Below are positions 35,888-43,359 of a stretch of 43,751 bases of DNA, piece by piece. The notes beneath the pieces were generated by a model. That model was not told the DNA's origin and ran no database searches. It saw nothing but the letters and a program-made list of their open reading frames with translations. This stretch comes from an uncultured Mycoplasmatota bacterium. Lineage in GTDB: Bacteria; Bacillota_I; Bacilli_A; RF39; UBA660. Location of the stretch: positions 1 through 43,751 of the forward strand of contig CANSWQ010000001.1 of NCBI GenBank assembly GCA_947650775.1, given 5' to 3'. The position numbers and the translations under genes were made by a program. Position 1 is the first letter of the stretch, and every line of letters begins with the position of its first letter.

Positions 35888-36235
35888 TTATCTCTCCTCT
35901 CTATTATTTTTAGTTTTATCTATGGATGAAATAAAAGTTATTTTTTCGGTTAATACCTCTTGCACATATTTTTTTTCTTTATTTTCATTTTCATAATTGC
36001 GAGTTTGAAGTCTACCTTTAATCCCAACTATATCTCCCTTATGACAGTAATTAAAAGTAGCTTCAGCTGTACCATTCCATAATACACACTTGATAAAATC
36101 TGTTTCATATTCTCCTGAAGCATTTTTATAATTACGTTGAACTGCTATTGTAATATTAGTTCTTTTAGTTCCATCATTTAATTCTTTAATTTCAGGGTCT
36201 GCTGTAATTCTACCTACCAATGTTACACTATTCAT
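35888..36235 (-). CDS. ssb: Single-stranded DNA-binding protein (OB fold) lacking the usual acidic C-terminal tip
   Basis: It reads VTLVGRITADPEIKE...TDFIKCVLWNGTAEA...KGDIVGIKGRLQTRNYE and ends ...KTKNNREER. Confidence 0.88.
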   Translation of the reverse strand: MNSVTLVGRITADPEIKELNDGTKRTNITIAVQRNYKNASGEYETDFIKCVLWNGTAEATFNYCHKGDIVGIKGRLQTRNYENENKEKKYVQEVLTEKITFISSIDKTKNNREER

Positions 36236-36459
36236 TTTTTAATTTCCTCCTTTTCATTATTAGTACATAAAAAATCAACAATCTTTTTTGTTTTAATAGC
36301 TTTCTTTAAATCTAAAATTATAGTTATTTCTAATGAAGTTATATCATTTAATTTAGCTAAATCTTCAAGACTAATCATAAGTATAGCTTTTTCTGTGTTA
36401 AATCCCGCCTTAAATAGTTTTTCTAATAACTTAGTAATATTAGTTAAATTATAATTCAT
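36232..36459 (-). CDS. Hypothetical small protein
   Basis: It is a 75-aa ORF coupled to ssb (ATGA overlap). Confidence 0.55.
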   Translation of the reverse strand: MNYNLTNITKLLEKLFKAGFNTEKAILMISLEDLAKLNDITSLEITIILDLKKAIKTKKIVDFLCTNNEKEEIKK

Positions 36460-36470
36460 TTATATTCCTC

Positions 36471-37097
36471 CTATATTCTTTCTATTAATTCACAAATTAT
36501 AATAATTTGCTTGTTCGTATTATGTCTGCAAGTAATAAGTGTTAAAGTCGTTTTATCTTGATTCCTAACTATATCAGCTGTCCCAGTTTTCTCAATATCA
36601 TAAATTCTTTTAATCTCATATCTATATTCATAACCATTAAAAAGAATAGATACATTATCTCCTACAACTAACTTATCTAAGTTTTTAAAATATGATATAT
36701 ATCTTGTACCAGAGTGACCTGCTAAAATAAAATTGCCATTCTCTATATCTGGATAATCAGACTCTTTTAATATCTGTATATTTTGATTAACATTATTACA
36801 CTTACTATTAATATTACATAACACTTTTTCTAAATTAATTTTTGGTATTTTTATTAGTGCTATATAATTAGAAGAAGTATGAGTAACATTCGTTTCTTCA
36901 TTTACATTAGGAATAGATATTTCTTTATTTATAGTTTTTTGTTCTTTTAAAAAAACTTTTATTTGTCTATCTTCATTTATATCTTGAAGTAATAAATAAC
37001 TATGCTTACACAATATAATAACCACTCCACACATAATTAGAAAAAGGTCAAAAGGTAAAAAATTATTTTTTCTTTTTATCATAAATAAAAGCTCCAA
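36471..37097 (-). CDS. Sortase (the start may be the ATG at 37082)
   Basis: It has a TM anchor, the catalytic His in ILAGHSG and the Cys in TLTLITCRH. Confidence 0.85.
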   Translation of the reverse strand: MELLFMIKRKNNFLPFDLFLIMCGVVIILCKHSYLLLQDINEDRQIKVFLKEQKTINKEISIPNVNEETNVTHTSSNYIALIKIPKINLEKVLCNINSKCNNVNQNIQILKESDYPDIENGNFILAGHSGTRYISYFKNLDKLVVGDNVSILFNGYEYRYEIKRIYDIEKTGTADIVRNQDKTTLTLITCRHNTNKQIIIICELIERI

Positions 37098-39783
37098 TTC
37101 CTAACAATATTAATAAAAATGATATTGTATCTACAATATGATTATCATAAGCACCTGTTTGAGGAACATCTATTTTAATTTTTTCATTAGTCATAGTTAC
37201 TGGAACAATTTCATTTTCTTTACATATTTCAAAATAAATCTTTTCAGTATTTAAAATATAATCTTCAGAAGCAGGCTTTCTTTCTACTACATAGTACTTT
37301 CCGTATTTTAATTCTAATAAAATTTTTCCTTTTTCATCAGTAAAACCAGAAAAAACAAGTTCTTCTGTTTGAGCGTTAAAAACTTCAACTAGAGTATTCG
37401 GTATTGTTTCACCAGTTAAAAAATCTAACTTTGTAAAATCTAAATAACCAATTATAGGTTTGTTAGTCAAAGTTCCTTTTACAATTTCTCCATTGTCTTT
37501 TATTTCAAAATATACTTTTTCTTCAGTGAGTAAATAACCTGTTGCACTTTCACGTTCAATAGCATAATACTTACCTACTTTTAAGTTTTCTAAAATAATC
37601 TTGCCATTATCATTAGTTTTGTTACTATAAATAAGTTCATCATTTTCTGTATAAATCTCTATTAAAGTTCCAGCAACAGGCTCATTGCTAAATAAATCAG
37701 TTTTTAATAATTCAAAAGTCCCTTTTTTTAATAGGTTCAAATGGGAATATGATTCCATAACAATAGGAGTTTCATTATCTTTAGCCTTTAATTCAAAATA
37801 ATGCTTTTTATCATCAAGTACATAAAAGCTCTCTGTTTTTACTTCTTTATAATAGTACTTACCTAAAGGTAGTAACTTACTTAATGCCACTCCAGCTCCG
37901 TTAGTAGTTAAAGTATCAACTAAAGCATCTTTCTTATAGTATAAATGGTTATTATCACTAGATAAAATATCCTCAGCAGCATGAACTTCAAATATAACTC
38001 CTTCAACAGGCTTTGTATCATATATAAAGTTATTCTCTTTAATTATCATATCTTCGCCAATTTTTAATATTTTAAATTGCCCTTTAATTGGAGTATTTTT
38101 ATAAATAACAGAAACAAACACTCCATAGCTAGTGTATTGATAATCAGTACCTTCTCCTATACAAAATGATAATCCTTCTTTATCAAGTAGATAACCATGA
38201 GGGCTAGATACTTCAATCAATTTATAATTACCAGCAGGTAATTTTAAGGGTGTAATCATTTTACCGTTCTTATCTGTTTTAAATTCAGAAATAACTTGAC
38301 CACCGATGAATTGCGACACATATTGTTTTGTATCCTCATTTAAAATTTTAAAAGTAGTGTCTGCTATTGCTATAACTTTATTAGTTTCTTCATCAACCTT
38401 AACAACTTGTAGATATGCTGTCAAACTGTTATTAAGAATATTATAATACTGCTCTTTCTCACTATTTTCACTTACTGTAATATAAAAATCATAAATCTTC
38501 TCATATCCAGCTGCTGTATTTACTTGATGAAACTTCCAAACTCCATAAGGCAAATTGATAGAAGCATAACCATTTTTATCAGTTTTAATGGTATCATACA
38601 AATCTCCATTGGGATACTTTATTTCAAACTCAATATTCGCTTCAGCATTTAAAAAATCAGTATTACCATCAATGTTTCCATACTGCTTTAAAATAGATAT
38701 CCAATTTTCAACTACTTCTTCATAAACCTCAACATAAGCACTATCTTGATTAACCAAAGAAAATTCATAATGAGTTGTATCTAACTTATACCCCTCACTT
38801 GCTTTAAGCTCCTGCATATAATATTCTTTAGCTTCAAGTACACTATCACTTTTAAAGTAACCATCTTTATCTGTAATAACTGTTGTAACTAATTTGTATG
38901 TTTCTTTTTCATATACACCATATTCGGCACCAGATAATTTTGCTTGTCCTTGAGCTACACCTGTTTTCTTATCTTTTTTAACACCTTCCACAAAACCATT
39001 AAAACTATCAATTCTAATTTTTGCAACTACTGGGTCACTTGTTCCTGGAATTATCATATTTTGGTCTGTATCTCCTACAAATAACTTATAGCTTGTTGAA
39101 TATGGCATTCTTTTGCTTAGCGATACATCTATAATTCCAGATACTTTTGGAGTAATAGTTAAATTATTGCCATTAATAGAGTAATCTGCTCCACTAACAC
39201 TAACATCATATTGCGATAAAACATTGTTAGTATCTGTTAAAGTAATACTCTTTCCTTTTTGAACTCTATAATATCCAGCATTAAAACTAGGTCTAACATA
39301 ATGTTGGTCTATTAATCTACTGATTTCTCCTCTTTCTTTAGTTAAATCGAGAACTTGTCCTCTACCCCAGTAATCTTTTGAAAATTTTACAAAGCCATCT
39401 TTCATTACAGCTTCCCAAATCATAGCTTGAGCAGCTGAACGATATTCCAACGTTTCGTGTCCTGGATATGTGTACCCATAATATGCAATAAGAGTTACTA
39501 ACTCTTTAATGTCATTATCAAGATTCATATCATCCCAAGTGCCTTCTACAATTCCATTACCATAGTGAACAGTTGGCTCAATACAATAGGAAACTTGATT
39601 ATCAACATAAAAGAAATGAAACTTATCAGAAGAATGATGTTTATTCTCTCCAGAAAATTGTTGTCTTTCATACATCCAACCTGTCTCTCCAATAGTTACA
39701 TTAACTGCATAAACATTTTCAATACTAACCAATAACCCCATAAAAATTATTAATAAAATTAAATATTTTTTTATTTTATTCAT
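37063..39783 (-). CDS. Sortase-anchored surface adhesin with an N-terminal thioester domain and repeated CnaB/SpaA-type domains
   Basis: It has a signal peptide. The thioester Cys is in VSYCIEP and the Gln is in AAQAMIW. There are multiple GKYYxxExxAxxGY-type repeats. The C-terminal sorting signal is VPQTG plus a hydrophobic helix and KKKK. Confidence 0.88.
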   Translation of the reverse strand: MNKIKKYLILLIIFMGLLVSIENVYAVNVTIGETGWMYERQQFSGENKHHSSDKFHFFYVDNQVSYCIEPTVHYGNGIVEGTWDDMNLDNDIKELVTLIAYYGYTYPGHETLEYRSAAQAMIWEAVMKDGFVKFSKDYWGRGQVLDLTKERGEISRLIDQHYVRPSFNAGYYRVQKGKSITLTDTNNVLSQYDVSVSGADYSINGNNLTITPKVSGIIDVSLSKRMPYSTSYKLFVGDTDQNMIIPGTSDPVVAKIRIDSFNGFVEGVKKDKKTGVAQGQAKLSGAEYGVYEKETYKLVTTVITDKDGYFKSDSVLEAKEYYMQELKASEGYKLDTTHYEFSLVNQDSAYVEVYEEVVENWISILKQYGNIDGNTDFLNAEANIEFEIKYPNGDLYDTIKTDKNGYASINLPYGVWKFHQVNTAAGYEKIYDFYITVSENSEKEQYYNILNNSLTAYLQVVKVDEETNKVIAIADTTFKILNEDTKQYVSQFIGGQVISEFKTDKNGKMITPLKLPAGNYKLIEVSSPHGYLLDKEGLSFCIGEGTDYQYTSYGVFVSVIYKNTPIKGQFKILKIGEDMIIKENNFIYDTKPVEGVIFEVHAAEDILSSDNNHLYYKKDALVDTLTTNGAGVALSKLLPLGKYYYKEVKTESFYVLDDKKHYFELKAKDNETPIVMESYSHLNLLKKGTFELLKTDLFSNEPVAGTLIEIYTENDELIYSNKTNDNGKIILENLKVGKYYAIERESATGYLLTEEKVYFEIKDNGEIVKGTLTNKPIIGYLDFTKLDFLTGETIPNTLVEVFNAQTEELVFSGFTDEKGKILLELKYGKYYVVERKPASEDYILNTEKIYFEICKENEIVPVTMTNEKIKIDVPQTGAYDNHIVDTISFLLILLGIGAFIYDKKKK

Positions 39784-39842
39784 AACATTCCTTTCTAATA
39801 AAACTTAAATATAAGCATTAAAAAAAGACTTATTTACAAGTC

Positions 39843-40583
39843 TTAAAACATTTTCTTTAATTTATCATCATTATTAACACCATTTTCACAAAAGAAATGC
39901 AAATAATACCAAGTTTTACCATCAGCATCAATAACAGACGGATAAACTCGATAATAATTGATGCTAGGTTTTATTTGATTATCTACATGTTCCATATTAT
40001 AGTTCAAAACATAGTCTAACTCTCTGTTTGCTATTTCCAAACCTCTTGCAAGCGCTTGGCTTTCAGAAGAAAACTCTTTTTTGCCATGTGTAATAGATTC
40101 ATAAAACTTTACAACTTCATCTTTCTTTACTTCCTCTTGCTTAAAACTATCTTTATTGATGTCACTAGAATTAGTGCTCTCATTTTTTGGAACATTGTTT
40201 TCATTAGCACTATCTGTTAAAACTTCATTTTGTTTAGAATTAGTGTTTTCTTTTTTTAAATCATTATTTTTATGATTATCATCATTTAACTCATTCAAAT
40301 TAGTATTTTGTTTAGAATCACTATTTTCTAAATTGCTTTTTTTATTTGACTTTTTATTATCAGAATTTTTTATTCCTGTTTCAGTTAAAGATTGATTCAA
40401 CTTTTTATCTAAATTTTCACTACCATTAGGAACTTCTTTAACCTTTTCCTTTACTACTGGTATCTCATTATTATCATTTTTAATTTGTAGCTTATCATCG
40501 TTACCTCTAAAATACATCAGCGAGCAGCTTATTCCAACCAAAATTCCTCCAATAACTATTAATCTAATTTTTTTCATTTTCAT
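39843..40583 (-). CDS. Membrane-anchored protein with an N/K/S/D-rich low-complexity region and a C-terminal globular domain, function unknown
   Basis: It has a TM helix (RLIVIGGILVGISCSLMYF), a ~110-aa low-complexity stretch and the conserved-looking tail FYESITHGKKEF...WYYLHFFCENG. Confidence 0.7.
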   Translation of the reverse strand: MKMKKIRLIVIGGILVGISCSLMYFRGNDDKLQIKNDNNEIPVVKEKVKEVPNGSENLDKKLNQSLTETGIKNSDNKKSNKKSNLENSDSKQNTNLNELNDDNHKNNDLKKENTNSKQNEVLTDSANENNVPKNESTNSSDINKDSFKQEEVKKDEVVKFYESITHGKKEFSSESQALARGLEIANRELDYVLNYNMEHVDNQIKPSINYYRVYPSVIDADGKTWYYLHFFCENGVNNDDKLKKMF

Positions 40584-40598
40584 TTCCTCCGATTTCTT

Positions 40599-40683
40599 GT
40601 TAGTATTTTAATAGATACTAACATTATTTTCAAGTCTGCAAATTATATATTATATTTTTTTCAGTTAGTAATAATAGTTAGTA
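40599..40683. repeat. Four GTTAGTA(T/A) copies: one inverted pair (40599-40606 / 40615-40622) and two direct (40664-40670, 40677-40683); candidate parS/centromere or operator
   Basis: The copies are read directly in the parB-downstream intergenic region. Confidence 0.4.
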
Positions 40684-40689
40684 TTCTTT

Positions 40690-40733
40690 TAGAGGGGTTG
40701 TAGGGGAGACTTTTTGTAAAACATACTCCCAAC
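40690..40733. repeat. Second copy of the TAGAGGGGTT...TACTCCCAAC motif (first copy at 26198-26223)
   Basis: TAGAGGGGTTGTAGGGGAGACTTTTTGTAAAACATACTCCCAAC abuts the parB stop codon. It shares both 10-nt ends with the 26198 copy. Confidence 0.5.
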
Positions 40734-41683
40734 TATCTACTTTGATTTCGTTCTTGCTTTTTTCGTTGATAATTTACATAAAATCTTACTGCCTCAACAA
40801 TAAAATCTTCTCGCTCTTTATCATTTTTTAAACTATTTGGGAGTACAAGTCTTTCCATACTAACTCCTATCCTTGGAATTTGATTAGGCTTTTCTTCACT
40901 CAATAACTCTTCCATATAATCAATAGTTAAAGTACCCTTTTGACTATGATTCTTTAACTTAATAGCTTGCGCATGAGATGGCGTACAATCATAACACTGC
41001 ATAAAATCTAACAAAGATTTTTGCTCGTCTTGTGTTAGAAACGATATTTCAGACGCTGGACTAATTGCCATACTAGGAGATAATTTCAATGCGTCATTAT
41101 CAACCATAGTTAAAAACTCTGGTATTAACCTAGTTAAAGAAATATATCTTTGAATTTGTCTTGCGCTATATTCAGTATTTTCTGCTAGTTTCTCGTCTGC
41201 TCGAAACTTTGTGCCAACTTGGCACGAAGTTAAATCATTTCTCATACCTTGATGTTTAATAGCATCATGTTTCATTTTATATGCAAAAGCCTTTTCACTA
41301 GGGAGTACCTTTTCACGTTGATAATTACAGTCAACCATCAAAATAGTAGCTTCCTCATTCGATAATTCACGAATAACACAAGGAATCGTGTTTTTACCTA
41401 ACAATTCACAAGCCTTTTTTCTTCTATGCCCCGATATAAGTTCATATTTACCATTTTCTTTAGGTCTTACTAAAATCGGAGTTGTTACACCCACTTCTTT
41501 TATACTTTGTAATATTTCGTCCTCCTCAGAAACATCCACTTTAAAAGGGTGATTAGGAAAGTCATCAATATCACATATAGGAAGTTCGGTCATAAGTCCT
41601 AAATGGAACTCTTCTCTACTTTTATGACTTGAAAATAAACTATCTACATTGGGCAGATACACTTCTTTTTCTGTTTGTTTCAT
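40733..41683 (-). CDS. parB: ParB/Spo0J-family (ParB N-terminal nuclease-like domain) protein
   Basis: It contains PILVRPKENGKYELISGHRRKKACELLG and an HTH region (YSARQIQRYISLTRL). Confidence 0.88.
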   Translation of the reverse strand: MKQTEKEVYLPNVDSLFSSHKSREEFHLGLMTELPICDIDDFPNHPFKVDVSEEDEILQSIKEVGVTTPILVRPKENGKYELISGHRRKKACELLGKNTIPCVIRELSNEEATILMVDCNYQREKVLPSEKAFAYKMKHDAIKHQGMRNDLTSCQVGTKFRADEKLAENTEYSARQIQRYISLTRLIPEFLTMVDNDALKLSPSMAISPASEISFLTQDEQKSLLDFMQCYDCTPSHAQAIKLKNHSQKGTLTIDYMEELLSEEKPNQIPRIGVSMERLVLPNSLKNDKEREDFIVEAVRFYVNYQRKKQERNQSR

Positions 41684-42464
41684 TCAGCACAAACTCTTTA
41701 GCAAATTGTAAGTAGGCAGTAGCAACTTTACTATTCTTATCATAATCAAAAATGCTTTTTCCATTTAACGTAGCTCTAGCCACATTTATAGCACAAGGAA
41801 TCTTGGTATTAAATATATTAACATAATTTCCATAACCATTTTTAATAATATCAACAATTCTTTCAGAAAACGTAGTTCTATTATCAACCATTGTAAATAA
41901 TAGTCCTTTAATTTTTAAGCTTGGATTGATATCTTTGTTAATACTTTTAATAGTTTTTATTAGACTGCCTGTGGCTCTTGCAGATAAATACTGAGCTTCA
42001 ACAGGTATTACGACATCATCAGCAAATGCTAAAGCATTTACTGTTATTATATCAAGGCTAGGCATACAATCAATTAAAATATAATCATAATTATCTCTTA
42101 ACTTTTCTAACCCCTGTTTCATAATACATTCTCTATAATTAGACTTCCCTAACAGCAAAGTTAATTCAGCTAGCTCTATACTACCAGGAATTAAATCTAT
42201 GCCTTCACAATGATGCAAAATAACATCGTTAAGGTTAAAAGAATTATGATTTATGACATTCTTCATTATACTTGCTATATTTAAGGCATTATCCATGTCA
42301 TAATATCCCATACTAATGGTTAAATCAGCTTGTGGGTCTGCATCAACTAATAATACTTTTTTGCCTAGTCTTGCTAAAGCAACACTTAAATGCAAAGCAG
42401 TTGTAGTTTTGCCTACCCCACCTTTTTGATTGGCTATTGCGGTAATTTTACAATTGGCCATCAT
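41640..42464 (-). CDS. parA: ParA/Soj-family partition ATPase
   Basis: It has the deviant Walker A, IANQKGGVGKTTT. Confidence 0.92.
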   Translation of the reverse strand: MMANCKITAIANQKGGVGKTTTALHLSVALARLGKKVLLVDADPQADLTISMGYYDMDNALNIASIMKNVINHNSFNLNDVILHHCEGIDLIPGSIELAELTLLLGKSNYRECIMKQGLEKLRDNYDYILIDCMPSLDIITVNALAFADDVVIPVEAQYLSARATGSLIKTIKSINKDINPSLKIKGLLFTMVDNRTTFSERIVDIIKNGYGNYVNIFNTKIPCAINVARATLNGKSIFDYDKNSKVATAYLQFAKEFVLNETNRKRSVSAQCR

Positions 42465-42525
42465 TTCTCCTTTCTAACACACCAAGTAATATAAATTACT
42501 AGGTAATGTACTATGCCTAAAGCAT

Positions 42526-42551
42526 AAAAAAATCACTATATATTAGTGATT
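42526..42551 (-). terminator. Intrinsic terminator after the 121-aa ORF
   Basis: The minus-strand RNA reads AAUCACUA-AUAUA-UAGUGAUU followed by U7. Confidence 0.7.
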
Positions 42552-42561
42552 AATGTTTTCA

Positions 42562-42927
42562 TTATCTAACATTGTCATTATTTTTATCTATCATATTATA
42601 TATTCTTGAAGTAACCTCGGTATTTCTATGTCCGAAAATAGTCATATCATTGTTTATTATTTCTTCTAACTTTAATTTTTTTACTTCACGCCAAGTTAAA
42701 TGATTATCTTCCTTAAATTTTTTATATTTATGATATAAATTAATATTATCTCTAAATTGATTTCTAAAATTTAAAAAGTCGTTAAAGTCTGTATCATAAG
42801 GAAGCTTATACATATCTAAAATTTTTTTTATATTCTCATCTGTAAGCAAAATTTTTCTATGTTTAAATGATATACATTTTCTTGAAGTGTTATTTAAAGG
42901 TTTCTTTTTACAATTCACATCCTTCAT
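42562..42927 (-). CDS. Hypothetical basic protein; its C-terminus resembles the last motif of tyrosine recombinases
   Basis: It is a 121-aa ORF, the first gene at the right end of the ICE. FGHRNTEVTSRIYNMI resembles LGHxxxxTTxxYxH. Confidence 0.55.
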   Translation of the reverse strand: MKDVNCKKKPLNNTSRKCISFKHRKILLTDENIKKILDMYKLPYDTDFNDFLNFRNQFRDNINLYHKYKKFKEDNHLTWREVKKLKLEEIINNDMTIFGHRNTEVTSRIYNMIDKNNDNVR

Positions 42928-43021
42928 ATTAGTGTCCTTTCTTTCATATTTTATTATAAATTAAAAAAGCTATAAAATACAGCTTTATATGTTTAAAACG
43001 AGCCTAAACTCGGTATTATCT

Positions 43022-43095
43022 TGGCAGGGGATGAGAGAATCGAACTCCCATCTGGCGTTTTGGAGACGCTCATTTTTCCATTAAACTAATCCCCT
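43022..43095 (-). tRNA. trnW: tRNA-Trp (anticodon CCA), complete, with CCA encoded
   Basis: The reverse complement is AGGGGATTAGTTTAATGGAAAAATGAGCGTCTCCAAAACGCCAGATGGGAGTTCGATTCTCTCATCCCCTGCCA. The acceptor stem is AGGGGAT/ATCCCCT, the D stem GTTT/AAAT and the anticodon loop CUCCAAA. The T arm is GGGAG-TTCGATT-CTCTC, with G73. Confidence 0.92.
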
Positions 43096-43115
43096 AAATT
43101 TCATTTTGAAATAAC

Positions 43116-43144
43116 TTGATATGTTATGTTTTACTTTGTTTCAA
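43116..43144 (-). promoter_or_regulatory. Possible promoter for the intact tRNA-Trp
   Basis: The minus strand reads TTGAAA-17 nt-TATCAA, ending ~20 nt before the tRNA 5' end. Confidence 0.35.
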
Positions 43145-43164
43145 ATTATTTTTACCATTCCAAA

Positions 43165-43174
43165 TTGGCAGAAT
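43165..43174 (+). repeat. TTGGCAGAAT, matching the GTGGCAGAAT arm-type repeat next to int
   Basis: A 9/10 match to 151-160 occurs within a 150-bp spacer. I estimate the chance expectation at about 1e-3. Confidence 0.4.
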
Positions 43175-43175
43175 A

Positions 43176-43209
43176 AATTCTAATTTCAACAATTTAGAAT
43201 TGTTTTTTT
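43176..43209. terminator. Intrinsic terminator (usable on both strands) between the tRNA-Trp 5' fragment and the intact tRNA-Trp
   Basis: AATTCTAA-10 nt-TTAGAATT is followed by G T7 on the plus strand. On the minus strand an A7 run precedes it and UUUAUUCU follows. Confidence 0.65.
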
Positions 43210-43246
43210 GCCTTAAACACTGGGAGTACAAGGTGGTAAGCATTAG

Positions 43247-43285
43247 GTTTTGGAGACTCCTATGCTACCATTATACCACGCCCCT
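43247..43285 (-). pseudogene. 5' half of a tRNA-Trp (acceptor strand through anticodon loop), followed by non-tRNA sequence
   Basis: The reverse complement is AGGGGCGTGGTATAATGGTAGCATAGGAGTCTCCAAAAC. No T-arm or CGCCCCT strand follows. The acceptor strand is complementary to the 3' fragment at 1-46. Confidence 0.8.
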
Positions 43286-43297
43286 ACGTGTATTTGT

Positions 43298-43326
43298 ATT
43301 ATAGCACATTTAATCCCATATTTCAA
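43298..43326 (-). promoter_or_regulatory. Near-consensus sigma-A promoter driving the tRNA-Trp 5' fragment
   Basis: The minus strand reads TTGAAA-17 nt-TGcTATAAT, with the -10 ending 12 nt before AGGGGCG. Confidence 0.7.
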
Positions 43327-43359
43327 ATATTTTCATATAATAAATTAGGTGATTATCAT

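Larger units (their letters stand above)
36..43255 (-). mobile_element. Integrative conjugative element, ~43.2 kb, inserted at a tRNA-Trp locus. Limits are given as the two GTTTTGGAG cores; the alternative right limit is 43022-43067.
   Basis: It has a complete integration, mobilisation and T4SS gene set in one orientation. It is bounded by tRNA-Trp-derived repeats, with integrase and excisionase at the left end. The host-like spore hydrolase gene lies outside on the right. Confidence 0.85.

Noticed and set aside
43116-43304. A 62-aa plus-strand ORF spanning the tRNA spacer
   Set aside because: It runs through a terminator hairpin and the tRNA-Trp 5' fragment and has no RBS. The region is better explained by tRNA-related and regulatory sequence.
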